A stretch of 64,000 nucleotides of DNA from Balanoglossus misakiensis (Eukaryota > Animalia > Hemichordata): NCBI GenBank assembly GCA_040954595.2, contig CM082580.2:13628242-13692241 (forward strand), written 5' to 3'. Made by a program: the position numbers and the translations under genes. Below the pieces are notes generated by a model. The model was given only the letters and a program-made list of their open reading frames with translations. It was not told the origin of the DNA and ran no database searches. Positions 38,901 through 53,900 of this stretch are shown here, in pieces (the first letter of the stretch is position 1; each line of letters starts with the position of its first letter).

Positions 38901-41900
38901 TCGATTTTTGACGATTTTCCTGAGCTATAACCCATGATTTTTTCAAAAAATGACCAAATTTTGAAAACTCGCAAAGTCGAAAAATCTTCGATTTTTGACG
39001 ATTTTCCTGAGCTATAACCCATGATTTTTTCAAAAAATGAGCAAATTTTGAAAACTCGCAAAGTCGAAAAATCTTCGATTTTTGACGATTTTCCTGAGCT
39101 ATAACCCATGATTTTTTCAAAAAATGAGCAAATTTTGAAAACTCGCAAAGTCCAAAAATCTTCGATTTTTGACGATTTTCCTGAGCTATAACCCATGATT
39201 TTTTCAAAAAATGAGCAAATTTTGAAAATTCGCAAAGTCCAAAAATCTTCGATTTTTGACGATTTTCCTGAGCTATAACCCATGATTTTTTCAAAAAATG
39301 AGCAAATTTTGAAAATTCGCAAAGTCCAAAAATCTTCGATTTTTGACGATTTTCCTGAGCTATAACCCATGATTTTTTCAAAAAATGAGCAAATTTTGAA
39401 AATTCGCAAAGTCCAAAAATCTTCGATTTTTGACGATTTTCCTGAGCTATAACCCATGATTTTTTCAAAAAATGACCAAATTTAGAAATTTCGCAAAGAC
39501 GAAAAATCTTCGATTTTTGACGATTTTCCTGAGCTATAACCCATGATTTTTTCAAAAAATGACCAAATTTTGAAAATTCGCAAAGTCGAAAAATCTTCGA
39601 TTTTTGACGATTTTCCTGAGCTATAAACCATGATTTTTTCAAAAAATGACCAAATTTTGAAAATTCGCAAAGTCGAAAAATCTTCGATTTTTGACGATTT
39701 TCCTGAGCTATAACCCATGATTTTTTCAAAAAATGACCAAATTTTGAAAACTCGCAAAGACGAAAAATCTTCGATTTTTGACGATTTTCCTGAGCTATAA
39801 CCCATGATTTTTTCAAAAAATGACCAAATTTTGAAAACTCGCAAAGACGAAAAATCTTCGATTTTTGACGATTTTCCTGAGCTATAACCCATGATTTTTT
39901 TCAAAAAATGAGCAAATTTTGAAAATTCGCAAAGTCCAAAAATCTTCGATTTTTGACGATTTTCCTGAGCTATAACCCATGATTTTTTCAAAAAATGACC
40001 AAATTTTGAAAATTCGCAAAGTCGAAAAATCTTCGATTTTTGACGATTTTCCTGAGCTATAACCCATGATTTTTTCAAAAAATGAGCAAATTTTGAAATT
40101 TCGCAAAGTCGAAAAATCTTCGATTTTTGACGATTTTCCTGAGCTATAACCCATGATTTTTTCAAAAAATGACCAAATTTTGAAAATTCGCAAAGTCCAA
40201 AAATCTTCGATTTTTGACGATTTTCCTGAGCTATAACCCATGATTTTTTCAAAAAATGAGCAAATTTTGAAAATTCGCAAAGTCCAAAAATCTTCGATTT
40301 TTGACGATTTTCCTGAGCTATAACCCATGATTTTTTCAAAAAATGACCAAATTTTGAAAACTCGCAAAGTCGAAAAATCTTCGATTTTTGACGATTTTCC
40401 TGAGCTATAACCCATGATTTTTTTCAAAAAATGACCAAATTTTGAAAACTCGCAAAGTCGAAAAATCTTCGATTTTTGACGATTTTCCTGAGCTATAACC
40501 ATGATTTTTTTCAAAAAATGACCAAATTTTGAAAACTCGCAAAGTCGAAAAATCTTCGATTTTTGACGATTTTCCTGAGCTATAACCCATGATTTTTTCA
40601 AAAAATGACCAAATTTTGAAAATTCGCAAAGTCGAAAAATCTTCGATTTTTGACGATTTTCCTGAGCTATAACCCATGATTTTTTCAAAAAATTACCAAA
40701 TTTTGAAAACTCGCAAAGACGAAAAATCTTCGATTTTTGACGATTTTCCTGAGCTATAACCCATGATTTTTTTCAAAAAATTACCAAATTTTGAAAATTC
40801 GCAAAGTCCAAAAATCTTCGATTTTTGACGATTTTCCTGAGCTATAACCCATGATTTTTTCAAAAAATGACCAAATTTTGAAAATTCGCAAAGTCCAAAA
40901 ATCTTCGATTTTTGACGATTTTCCTGAGCTATAACCCATGATTTTTTCAAAAAATGACCAAATTTTGAAAACTCGCAAAGTCCAAAAATCTTCGATTTTT
41001 GACGATTTTCCTGAACTATAACCCATGATTTTTTCAAAAAATGAGCAAATTTTGAAAACTCGCAAAGTCCAAAAATCTTCGATTTTTGACGATTTTCCTG
41101 AGCTATAACCCATGATTTTTTCAAAAAATGACCAAATTTTGAAAACTCGCAAAGTCCAAAAATCTTCGATTTTTGACGATTTTCCTGAGCTATAACCCAT
41201 GATTTTTTCAAAAAATGACCAAATTTTGAAAACTCGCAAAGTCCAAAAATCTTCGATTTTTGACGATTTTCCTGAGCTATAACCCATGATTTTTTCAAAA
41301 AATGAGCAAATTTTGAAAATTCGCAAAGTCCAAAAATCTTCGATTTTTGACGATTTTCCTGAGCTATAACCCATGATTTTTTCAAAAAATGAGCAAATTT
41401 TGAAAATTCGCAAAGTCCAAAAATCTTCGATTTTTGACGATTTTCCTGAGCTATAACCCATGATTTTTTCAAAAAATGAGCAAATTTTGAAAATTCGCAA
41501 AGTCCAAAAATCTTCGATTTTTGACGATTTTCCTGAGCTATAACCCATGATTTTTTCAAAAAATGAGCAAATTTTGAAAATTCGCAAAGTCCAAAAATCT
41601 TCGATTTTTGACGATTTTCCTGAGCTATAACCCATGATTTTTTCAAAAAATGACCAAATTTTGAAAATTCGCAAAGTCCAAAAATCTTCGATTTTTGACG
41701 ATTTTCCTGAGCTATAACCCATGATTTTTTCAAAAAATGACCATATTTTGAAATTTCGCAAAGACGAAAAATCTTCGATTTTTGACGATTTTCCTCAGCT
41801 ATAACCCATGATTTTTTCAAAAAATGACCAAATTTTGAAAATTCGCAAAGTCGAAAAATCTTCGATTTTTGACGATTTTCCTGAGCTATAACCCATGATT

Positions 41901-44900
41901 TTTTCAAAAAATGACCAAATTTTGAAAATTCGCAAAGTCGAAAAATCTTCGATTTTTGACGATTTTCCTGAGCTATAACCCACGATTTTTTCAAAAAATG
42001 ACCAAATTTTGAAAACTCGGAAAGTCGAAAAATCTTCGATTTTTGACGATTTTCCTGAGCTATAACCCATGATTTTTTCAAAAAATGACCAAATTTTGAA
42101 AATTCGCAAAGTCCAAAAATCTTCGATTTTTGACGATTTTCCTGAGCTATAACCCATGATTTTTTCAAAAAATGAGCAAATTTTGAAAACTCGCAAAGTC
42201 CAAAAATCTTCGATTTTTGACGATTTTCCTGAGCTATAACCCATGATTTTTTCAAAAAATGAGCAAATTTTGAAAACTCGCAAAGTCCAAAAATCTTCGA
42301 TTTTTGACGATTTTCCTGAGCTATAACCCATGATTTTTTCAAAAAATGAGCAAATTTTGAAAATTCGCAAAGTCCAAAAATCTTCGATTTTTGACGATTT
42401 TCCTGAGCTATAACCCATGATTTTTTCAAAAAATGAGCAAATTTTGAAAATTCGCAAAGTCCAAAAATCTTCGATTTTTGACGATTTTCCTGAGCTATAA
42501 CCCATGATTTTTTCAAAAAATGAGCAAATTTTGAAAATTCGCAAAGTCCAAAAATCTTCGATTTTTGACGATTTTCCTGAGCTATAACCCATGATTTTTT
42601 CAAAAAATGAGCAAATTTTGAAAATTCGCAAAGTCCAAAAATCTTCGATTTTTGACGATTTTCCTGAGCTATAACCCATGATTTTTTCAAAAAATGACCA
42701 AATTTTGAAATTTCGCAAAGACGAAAAATCTTCGATTTTTGACGATTTTCCTGAGCTATAACCCATGATTTTTTCAAAAAATGACCAAATTTTGAAAATT
42801 CGCAAAGTCGAAAAATCTTCGATTTTTGACGATTTTCCTGAGCTATAAACCATGATTTTTTCAAAAAATGACCAAATTTTGAAAATTCGCAAAGTCGAAA
42901 AATCTTCGATTTTTGACGATTTTCCTGAGCTATAACCCATGATTTTTTCAAAAAATGACCAAATTTTGAAAACTCGCAAAGACGAAAAATCTTCGATTTT
43001 TGACGATTTTCCTGAGCTATAACCCATGATTTTTTCAAAAAATGAGCAAATTTTGAAAATTCGCAAAGTCCAAAAATCTTCGATTTTTGACGATTTTCCT
43101 GAGCTATAACCCATGATTTTTTCAAAAAATGACCAAATTATGAAAACTCGCAAAGTCGAAAAATCTTCGATTTTTGACGATTTTCCTGAGCTATAACCCA
43201 TGATTTTTTCAAAAAATGACCAAATTTTGAAAACTCGCAAAGTCGAAAAATCTTCGATTTTTGACGATTTTCCTGAGCTATAACCCATGATTTTTTCAAA
43301 AAATGACCAAATTTTGAAAACTCGCAAAGTCGAAAAATCTTCGATTTTTGACGATTTTCCTGAGCTATAACCCATGATTTTTTCAAAAAATTACCAAATT
43401 TTGAAAATTCGCAAAGTCGAAAAATCTTCGATTTTTGACGATTTTCCTGAGCTATAACCCATGATTTTTTCAAAAAATTACCAAATTTTGAAAACTCGCA
43501 AAGTCGAAAAATCTTCGATTTTTGACGATTTTCCTGAGCTATAACCCATGATTTTTTCAAAAAATTACCAAATTTTGAAAATACGCAAAGACGAAAAATC
43601 TTCGATTTTTGACGATTTTCCTGAGCTATAACCCATGATTTTTTTCAAAAAATTACCAAATTTTGAAAATTCGCAAAGTCCAAAAATCTTCGATTTTTGA
43701 CGATTTTCCTGAGCTATAACCCATGATTTTTTCAAAAAATGACCAAATTTTGAAAATTCGCAAAGTCCAAAAATCTTCGATTTTTGACGATTTTCCTGAG
43801 CTATAACCCATGATTTTTTCAAAAAATGACCAAATTTTGAAAACTCGCAAAGTCCAAAAATCTTCGATTTTTGACGATTTTCCTGAGCTATAACCCATGA
43901 TTTTTTCAAAAAATGAGCAAATTTTGAAAACTCGCAAAGTCCAAAAATCTTCGATTTTTGACGATTTTCCTGAGCTATAACCCATGATTTTTTCAAAAAA
44001 TGAGCAAATTTTGAAAATTCGCAAAGTCCAAAAATCTTCGATTTTTGACGATTTTCCTGAGCTATAACCCATGATTTTTTCAAAAAATGAGCAAATTTTG
44101 AAAATTCGCAAAGTCCAAAAATCTTCGATTTTTGACGATTTTCCTGAGCTATAACCCATGATTTTTTCAAAAAATGAGCAAATTTTGAAAATTCGCAAAG
44201 TCCAAAAATCTTCGATTTTTGACGATTTTCCTGAGCTATAACCCATGATTTTTTCAAAAAATGACCATATTTTGAAATTTCGCAAAGACGAAAAATCTTC
44301 GATTTTTGACGATTTTCCTCAGCTATAACCCATGATTTTTTCAAAAAATGACCAAATTTTGAAAATTCACAAAGTCGAAAAATCTTCGATTTTTGACGAT
44401 TTTCCTGAGCTATAACCCATGATTTTTTCAAAAAATGACCAAATTTTGAAAATTCGCAAAGTCGAAAAATCTTCGATTTTTGACGATTTTCCTGAGCTAT
44501 AACCCATGATTTTTTCAAAAAATGACCAAATTTTGAAAACTCGGAAAGTCGAAAAATCTTCGATTTTTGACGATTTTCCTGAGCTATAACCCATGATTTT
44601 TTCAAAAAATGACCAAATTTTGAAAACTCGGAAAGTCGAAAAATCTTCGATTTTTGACGATTTTCCTGAGCTATAACCCATGATTTTTTCAAAAAATGAC
44701 CAAATTTTGAAAACTCGCAAAGTCGAAAAATCTTCGATTTTTGACGATTTTCCTGAGCTATAACCCATGATTTTTTCAAAAAATGACCAAATTTTGAAAA
44801 CTCGCAAAGTCGAAAAATCTTCGATTTTTGACGATTTTCCTGAGCTATAACCCATGATTTTTTCAAAAAATGACCAAATTTTGAAAACTCGCAAAGTCGA

Positions 44901-47900
44901 AAAATCTTCGATTTTTGACGATTTTCCTGAGCTATAACCCATGATTTTTTCAAAAAATGACCAAATTTTGAAAACTCGCAAAGTCGAAAAATCTTCGATT
45001 TTTGACGATTTTCCTGAGCTATAACCCATGATTTTTTCAAAAAATGACCAAATTTTGAAAACTCGCAAAGTCGAAAAATCTTCGATTTTTGACGATTTTC
45101 CTGAGCTATAACCCATGATTTTTTTCAAAAAATGAGCAAATTTTGAAAATTCGCAAAGTCGAAAAATCTTCGATTTTTGACGATTTTCCTGAGCTATAAC
45201 CCATGATTTTTTCAAAAAATGACCAAATTTTGAAAATTCGCAAAGTCCAAAAATCTTCGATTTTTGACGATTTTCCTGAGCTATAACCCATGATTTTTTC
45301 AAAAAATGACCAAATTTTGAAAATTCGCAAAGTCCAAAAATCTTCGATTTTTGACGATTTTCCTGAGCTATAACCCATGATTTTTTCAAAAAATGACCAA
45401 ATTTTGAAAATTCGCAAAGTCGAAAAATCTTCGATTTTTGACGATTTTCCTGAGCTATAACCCATGATTTTTTCAAAAAATGAGCAAATTTTGAAAATTC
45501 GCAAAGTCCAAAAATCTTCGATTTTTGACGATTTTCCTGAGCTATAACCCATGATTTTTTCAAAAAATGAGCAAATTTTGAAAATTCGCAAAGTCCAAAA
45601 ATCTTCGATTTTTGACGATTTTCCTGAGCTATAACCCATGATTTTTTCAAAAAATGATCAAATTTAGAAATTTCGCAAAGACGAAAAATCTTCGATTTTT
45701 GACGATTTTCCTGAGCTATAACCCATGATTTTTTCAAAAAATGACCAAATTTTGAAAATTCGCAAAGTCGAAAAATCTTCGATTTTTGACGATTTTCCTG
45801 AGCTATAACCCATGATTTTTTCAAAAAATGACAAAATTTTGAAAACTCGCAAAGTCCAAAAATCTTCGATTTTTGACGATTTTCCTGAGCTATAACCCAT
45901 GATTTTTTTCAAAAAATGACCAAATTTTGAAAATTCGCAAAGTCCAAAAATCTTCGATTTTTGACGATTTTCCTGAGCTATAACCCATGATTTTTTTCAA
46001 AAAATGACCAAATTTTGAAAATTCGCAAAGTCCAAAAATCTTCGATTTTTGACGATTTTCCTGAGCTATAACCCATGATTTTTTCAAAAAATGACCAAAT
46101 TTTGAAATTTCGCAAAGTCGAAAATCTTCGATTTTTGACGATTTTCCTGAGCTATAACCCATGATTTTTTCAAAAAATGACTAAATTTTGAAAACTCGCA
46201 AAGTCGAAAAATCTTCGATTTTTGACGATTTTCCTGAGCTATAACCCATGATTTTTTCAAAAAATGACCAAATTTTGAAAACTCGCAAAGTCGAAAAATC
46301 TTCGATTTTTGACGATTTTCCTGAGCTATAACCCATGATTTTTTCAAAAAATGACCAAATTTTGAAAACTCGCAAAGTCGAAAAATCTTCGATTTTTGAC
46401 GATTTTCCTGAGCTATAACCCATGATTTTTTCAAAAAATGACCAAATTTTGAAAACTCGCAAAGTCGAAAAATCTTCGATTTTTGACGATTTTCCTGAGC
46501 TATAACCCATGATTTTTTCAAAAAATGACCAAATTTTGAAAACTCGCAAAGTCGAAAAATCTTCGATTTTTGACGATTTTCCTGAGCTATAACCCATGAT
46601 TTTTTTCAAAAAATGACCAAATTTTGAAAACTCGCAAAGTCGAAAAATCTTCGATTTTTGACGATTTTCCTGAGCTATAACCCATGATTTTTTCAAAAAA
46701 TGACCAAATTTTGAAAACTCGCAAAGTCGAGAAATCTTCGATTTTTGACGATTTTCCTGAGCTATAACCCATGATTTTTTCAAAAAATGACCAAATTTTG
46801 AAAACTCGCAAAGTCGAGAAATCTTCGATTTTTGACGATTTTCCTGAGCTATAACCCATGATTTTTTCAAAAAATGAGCAAATTTTGAAAATTCGCAAAG
46901 TCCAAAAATCTTCGATTTTTGACGATTTTCCTGAGCTATAACCCATGATTTTTTCAAAAAATCAGCAAATTTTGAAAATTCGCAAAGTCCAAAAATCTCC
47001 GATTTTTGACGATTTTCCTGAGCTATAACCCATGATTTTTTCAAAAAATCAGCAAATTTTGAAAATTCGCAAAGTCCAAAAATATTCGATTTTTGACGAT
47101 TTTCCTGAGCTATAACCCATGATTTTTTCAAAAAATCAGCAAATTTTGAAAATTCGCAAAGTCCAAAAATCTTCGATTTTTGACGATTTTCCTGAGCTAT
47201 AACCCATGATTTTTTTCAAAAAATGACCAAATTTTGAAAATTCGCAAAGTCCAAAAATCTTCGATTTTTGACGATTTTCCTGAGCTATAACCCATGATTT
47301 TTTCAAAAAATGACCACATTTTGAAAATTCGCAAAGTCCAAAAATCTTCGATTTTTGACGATTTTCCTGAGCTATAACCCATGATTTTTTCAAAAAATGA
47401 CCACATTTTGAAATTTCGCAAAGACGAAAAATCTTCGATTTTTGACGATTTTCCTGAACTATAACCCATGATTTTTTCAAAAAATGAGCAAATTTTGAAA
47501 ATTCGCAAAGTCCAAAAATCTTCGATTTTTGACGATTTTCCTGAGCTATAACCCATGATTTTTTCAAAAAATGAGCAAATTTTGAAAATTCGCAAAGTCC
47601 AAAAATCTTCGATTTTTGACGATTTTCCTGAGCTATAACCCATGATTTTTTCAAAAAATGAGCAAATTTTGAAAATTCGCAAAGTCCAAAAATCTTCGAT
47701 TTTTGACGATTTTCCTGAGCTATAACCCATGATTTTTTCAAAAAATGAGCAAATTTTGAAAATTCGCAAAGTCCAAAAATCTTCGATTTTTGACGATTTT
47801 CCTGAGCTATAACCCATGATTTTTTCATAAAATGAGCAAATTTTGAAAATTCGCAAAGTCCAAAAATCTTCGATTTTTGACGATTTTCCTGAGCTATAAC

Positions 47901-50900
47901 CCATGATTTTTTCATAAAATGAGCAAATTTTGAAAATTCGCAAAGTCCAAAAATCTTCGATTTTTGACGATTTTCCTGAGCTATAACCCATGATTTTTTC
48001 AAAAAATGAGCAAATTTTGAAAATTCGCAAAGTCCAAAAATCTTCGATTTTTGACGATTTTCCTGAGCTATAACCCATGATTTTTTCAAAAAATGAGCAA
48101 ATTTTGAAAATTCGCAAAGTCCAAAAATCTTCGATTTTTGACGATTTTCCTGAGCTATAACCCATGATTTTTTCAAAAAATGACCAAATTTAGAAATTTC
48201 GCAAAGACGAAAAATCTTCGATTTTTGACGATTTTCCTGAGCTATAACCCATGATTTTTTCAAAAAATGACCAAATTTTGAAAATTCGCAAAGTCGAAAA
48301 ATCTTCGATTTTTGACGATTTTCCTGAGCTATAACCCATGATTTTTTCAAAAAATGACCAAATTTTGAAAATTCGCAAAGTCGAAAAATCTTCGATTTTT
48401 GACGATTTTCCTGAGCTATAACCCATGATTTTTTCAAAAAATGACCAAATTTTGAAAACTCGCAAAGACGAAAAATCTTCGATTTTTGACGATTTTCCTG
48501 AGCTATAACCCATGATTTTTTCAAAAAATGACCAAATTTTGAAATTTCGCAAAGTCGAAAAATCTTTGATTTTTGACGATTTTCCTGAGCTATAACCCAT
48601 GATTTTTTCAAAAAATGACAAAATTTTGAAATTTCGCAAAGTCGAAAAATCTTCGAATTTTGACGATTTTCCTGAGCTATAACCCATGATTTTTTCAAAA
48701 AATGACCAAATTTTGAAAACTCGCAAAGTCGAAAAATCTTCGATTTTTGACGATTTTCCTGAGCTATAACCCATGATTTTTTCAAAAAATGAGCAAATTT
48801 TAAAAATTCGCAAAGTCCAAAACTCTTCGATTTTTGACGATTTTCCTGAGCTATAACCCATGATTTTTTCAAAAAATGAGCAAATTTTGAAAATTCGCAA
48901 AGTCCAAAAATCTTCGATTTTTGACGATTTTCCTGAGCTATAACCCATGATTTTTTCAAAAAATGACCAAATTTTGAAATTTCGCAAAGACGAAAAATCT
49001 TCGATTTTTGACGATTTTCCTGAGCTATAACCCATGATTTTTTCAAAAAATGACCAAATTTTGAAAACTCGCAAAGTCGAAAAATCTTCGATTTTTGACG
49101 ATTTTCCTGAGCTATAACCCATGATTTTTTCAAAAAATGACCAAATTTTGAAAACTCGCAAAGTCGAAAAATCTTCGATTTTTGACGATTTTCCTGAGCT
49201 ATAACCCATGATTTTTTCAAAAAATGAGCAAATTTTGAAAACTCGCAAAGTCCAAAAATCTTCGATTTTTGACGATTTTCCTGAGCTATAACCCATGATT
49301 TTTTCAAAAAATGAGCAAATTTTGAAAACTCGCAAAGTCCAAAAATCTTCGATTTTTGACGATTTTCCTGAGCTATAACCCATGATTTTTTCAAAAAATG
49401 AGCAAATTTTGAAAATTCGCAAAGTCCAAAAATCTTCGATTTTTGACGATTTTCCTGAGCTATAACCCATGATTTTTTCAAAAAATGAGCAAATTTTGAA
49501 AATTCGCAAAGTCCAAAAATCTTCGATTTTTGACGATTTTCCTGAGCTATAACCCATGATTTTTTCAAAAAATGAGCAAATTTTGAAAATTCGCAAAGTC
49601 CAAAAATCTTCGATTTTTGACGATTTTCCTGAGCTATAACCCATGATTTTTTCAAAAAATGAGCAAATTTTGAAAATTCGCAAAGTCCAAAAATCTTCGA
49701 TTTTTGACGATTTTCCTGAGCTATAACCCATGATTTTTTCAAAAAATGACCAAATTTAGAAATTTCGCAAAGACGAAAAATCTTCGATTTTTGACGATTT
49801 TCCTGAGCTATAACCCATGATTTTTTCAAAAAATGACCAAATTTTGAAAATTCGCAAAGTCGAAAAATCTTCGATTTTTGACGATTTTCCTGAGCTATAA
49901 ACCATGATTTTTTCAAAAAATGACCAAATTTTGAAAATTCGCAAAGTCGAAAAATCTTCGATTTTTGACGATTTTCCTGAGCTATAACCCATGATTTTTT
50001 CAAAAAATGACCAAATTTTGAAAACTCGCAAAGACGAAAAATCTTCGATTTTTGACGATTTTCCTGAGCTATAACCCATGATTTTTTCAAAAAATGACCA
50101 AATTTTGAAAACTCGCAAAGACGAAAAATCTTCGATTTTTGACGATTTTCCTGAGCTATAACCCATGATTTTTTTCAAAAAATGACCAAATTTTGAAAAT
50201 TCGCAAAGTTCAAAAATCTTCGATTTTTGACGATTTTCCTGAGCTATAACCCATGATTTTTTCAAAAAATGACCAAATTTTGAAAATTCGCAAAGTCGAA
50301 AAATCTTTGATTTTTGACGATTTTCCTGAGCTATAACCCATGATTTTTTCAAAAAATGAGCAAATTTTGAAATTTCGCAAAGTCGAAAAATCTTCGATTT
50401 TTGACGATTTTCCTGAGCTATAACCCATGATTTTTTCAAAAAATGACCAAATTTTGAAAACTCGCAAAGTCCAAAAATCTTCGATTTTTGACGATTTTCC
50501 TGAGCTATAACCCATGATTTTTTCAAAAAATGAGCAAATTTTGAAAATTCGCAAAGTCCAAAAATCTTCGATTTTTGACGATTTTCCTGAGCTATAACCC
50601 ATGATTTTTTCAAAAAATGACCAAATTTTGAAAACTCGCAAAGTCGAAAAATCTTCGATTTTTGACGATTTTCCTGAGCTATAACCCATGATTTTTTCAA
50701 AAAATGACCAAATTTTGAAAACTCGCAAAGTCGAAAAATCTTCGATTTTTGACGATTTTCCTGAGCTATAACCATGATTTTTTCAAAAAATGACCAAATT
50801 TTGAAAACTCGCAAAGTCGAAAAATCTTCGATTTTTGACGATTTTCCTGAGCTATAACCCATGATTTTTTCAAAAAATGACCAAATTTTGAAAATTCGCA

Positions 50901-53900
50901 AAGTCGAAAAATCTTCGATTTTTGACGATTTTCCTGAGCTATAACCCATGATTTTTTCAAAAAATGACCAAATTTTGAAAACTCGCAAAGTCGAAAAATC
51001 TTCGATTTTTGACGATTTTCCTGAGCTATAACCCATGATTTTTTCAAAAAATTACCAAATTTTGAAAATTCGCAAAGACGAAAAATCTTCGATTTTTGAC
51101 GATTTTCCTGAGCTATAACCCATGATTTTTTTCAAAAAATTACCAAATTTTGAAAATTCGCAAAGTCCAAAAATCTTCGATTTTTGACGATTTTCCTGAG
51201 CTATAACCCATGATTTTTTCAAAAAATGACCAAATTTTGAAAACTCGCAAAGTCCAAAAATCTTCGATTTTTGACGATTTTCCTGAGCTATAACCCATGA
51301 TTTTTTCAAAAAATGAGCAAATTTTGAAAACTCGCAAAGTCCAAAAATCTTCGATTTTTGACGATTTTCCTGAGCTATAACCCATGATTTTTTCAAAAAA
51401 TGACCAAATTTTGAAAACTCGCAAAGTCCAAAAATCTTCGATTTTTGACGATTTTCCTGAGCTATAACCCATGATTTTTTCAAAAAATGACCAAATTTTG
51501 AAAACTCGCAAAGTCCAAAAATCTTCGATTTTTGACGATTTTCCTGAGCTATAACCCATGATTTTTTCAAAAAATGACCAAATTTTGAAAACTCGCAAAG
51601 TCCAAAAATCTTCGATTTTTGACGATTTTCCTGAGCTATAACCCATGATTTTTTCAAAAAATGAGCAAATTTTGAAAATTCGCAAAGTCCAAAAATCTTC
51701 GATTTTTGACGATTTTCCTGAGCTATAACCCATGATTTTTTCAAAAAATGAGCAAATTTTGAAAATTCGCAAAGTCCAAAAATCTTCGATTTTTGACGAT
51801 TTTCCTGAGCTATAACCCATGATTTTTTCAAAAAATGAGCAAATTTTGAAAATTCGCAAAGTCCAAAAATCTTCGATTTTTGACGATTTTCCTGAGCTAT
51901 AACCCATGATTTTTTCAAAAAATGAGCAAATTTTGAAAATTCGCAAAGTCCAAAAATCTTCGATTTTTGACGATTTTCCTGAGCTATAACCCATGATTTT
52001 TTCAAAAAATGACCATATTTTGAAATTTCGCAAAGACGAAAAATCTTCGATTTTTGACGATTTTCCTCAGCTATAACCCATGATTTTTTCAAAAAATGAC
52101 CAAATTTTGAAAATTCGCAAAGTCGAAAAATCTTCGATTTTTGACGATTTTCCTGAGCTATAACCCATGATTTTTTCAAAAAATGACCAAATTTTGAAAA
52201 TTCGCAAAGTCGAAAAATCTTCGATTTTTGACGATTTTCCTGAGCTATAACCCACGATTTTTTCAAAAAATGACCAAATTTTGAAAACTCGCAAAGACGA
52301 AAAATCTTCGATTTTTGACGATTTTCCTGAGCTATAACCCATGATTTTTTCAAAAAATGACCAAATTTTGAAAACTCGGAAAGTCGAAAAATCTTCGATT
52401 TTTGACGATTTTCCTGAGCTATAACCCATGATTTTTTCAAAAAATGACCAAATTTTGAAAATTCGCAAAGTCCAAAAATCTTCGATTTTTGACGATTTTC
52501 CTGAGCTATAACCCATGATTTTTTCAAAAAATGAGCAAATTTTGAAAACTCGCAAAGTCCAAAAATCTTCGATTTTTGACGATTTTCCTGAGCTATAACC
52601 CATGATTTTTTCAAAAAATGAGCAAATTTTGAAAATTCGCAAAGTCCAAAAATCTTCGATTTTTGACGATTTTCCTGAGCTATAACCCATGATTTTTTCA
52701 AAAAATGAGCAAATTTTGAAAATTCGCAAAGTCCAAAAATCTTCGATTTTTGACGATTTTCCTGAGCTATAACCCATGATTTTTTCAAAAAATGAGCAAA
52801 TTTTGAAAATTCGCAAAGTCCAAAAATCTTCGATTTTTGACGATTTTCCTGAGCTATAACCCATGATTTTTTCAAAAAATGAGCAAATTTTGAAAATTCG
52901 CAAAGTCCAAAAATCTTCGATTTTTGACGATTTTCCTGAGCTATAACCCATGATTTTTTCAAAAAATGACCAAATTTAGAAATTTCGCAAAGACGAAAAA
53001 TCTTCGATTTTTGACGATTTTCCTGAGCTATAACCCATGATTTTTTCAAAAAATGACCAAATTTTGAAAATTCGCAAAGTCGAAAAATCTTCGATTTTTG
53101 ACGATTTTCCTGAGCTATAAACCATGATTTTTTCAAAAAATGACCAAATTTTGAAAATTCGCAAAGTCGAAAAATCTTCGATTTTTGACGATTTTCCTGA
53201 GCTATAACCCATGATTTTTTCAAAAAATGACCAAATTTTGAAAACTCGCAAAGACGAAAAATCTTCGATTTTTGACGATTTTCCTGAGCTATAACCCATG
53301 ATTTTTTCAAAAAATGACCAAATTTTGAAAACTCGCAAAGACGAAAAATCTTCGATTTTTGACGATTTTCCTGAGCTATAACCCATGATTTTTTTCAAAA
53401 AATGAGCAAATTTTGAAAATTCGCAAAGTCCAAAAATCTTCGATTTTTGACGATTTTCCTGAGCTATAACCCATGATTTTTTCAAAAAATGACCAAATTT
53501 TGAAAATTCGCAAAGTCGAAAAATCTTTGATTTTTGACGATTTTCCTGAGCTATAACCCATGATTTTTTCAAAAAATGAGCAAATTTTGAAAATTCGCAA
53601 AGTCCAAAAATCTTCGATTTTTGACGATTTTCCTGAGCTATAACCCATGATTTTTTCAAAAAATGACCAAATTTTGAAAACTCGCAAAGTCGAAAAATCT
53701 TCGATTTTTGACGATTTTCCTGAGCTATAACCCATGATTTTTTCAAAAAATTACCAAATTTTGAAAATTCGCAAAGACGAAAAATCTTCGATTTTTGACG
53801 ATTTTCCTGAGCTATAACCCATGATTTTTTTCAAAAAATTACCAAATTTTGAAAATTCGCAAAGTCCAAAAATCTTCGATTTTTGACGATTTTCCTGAGC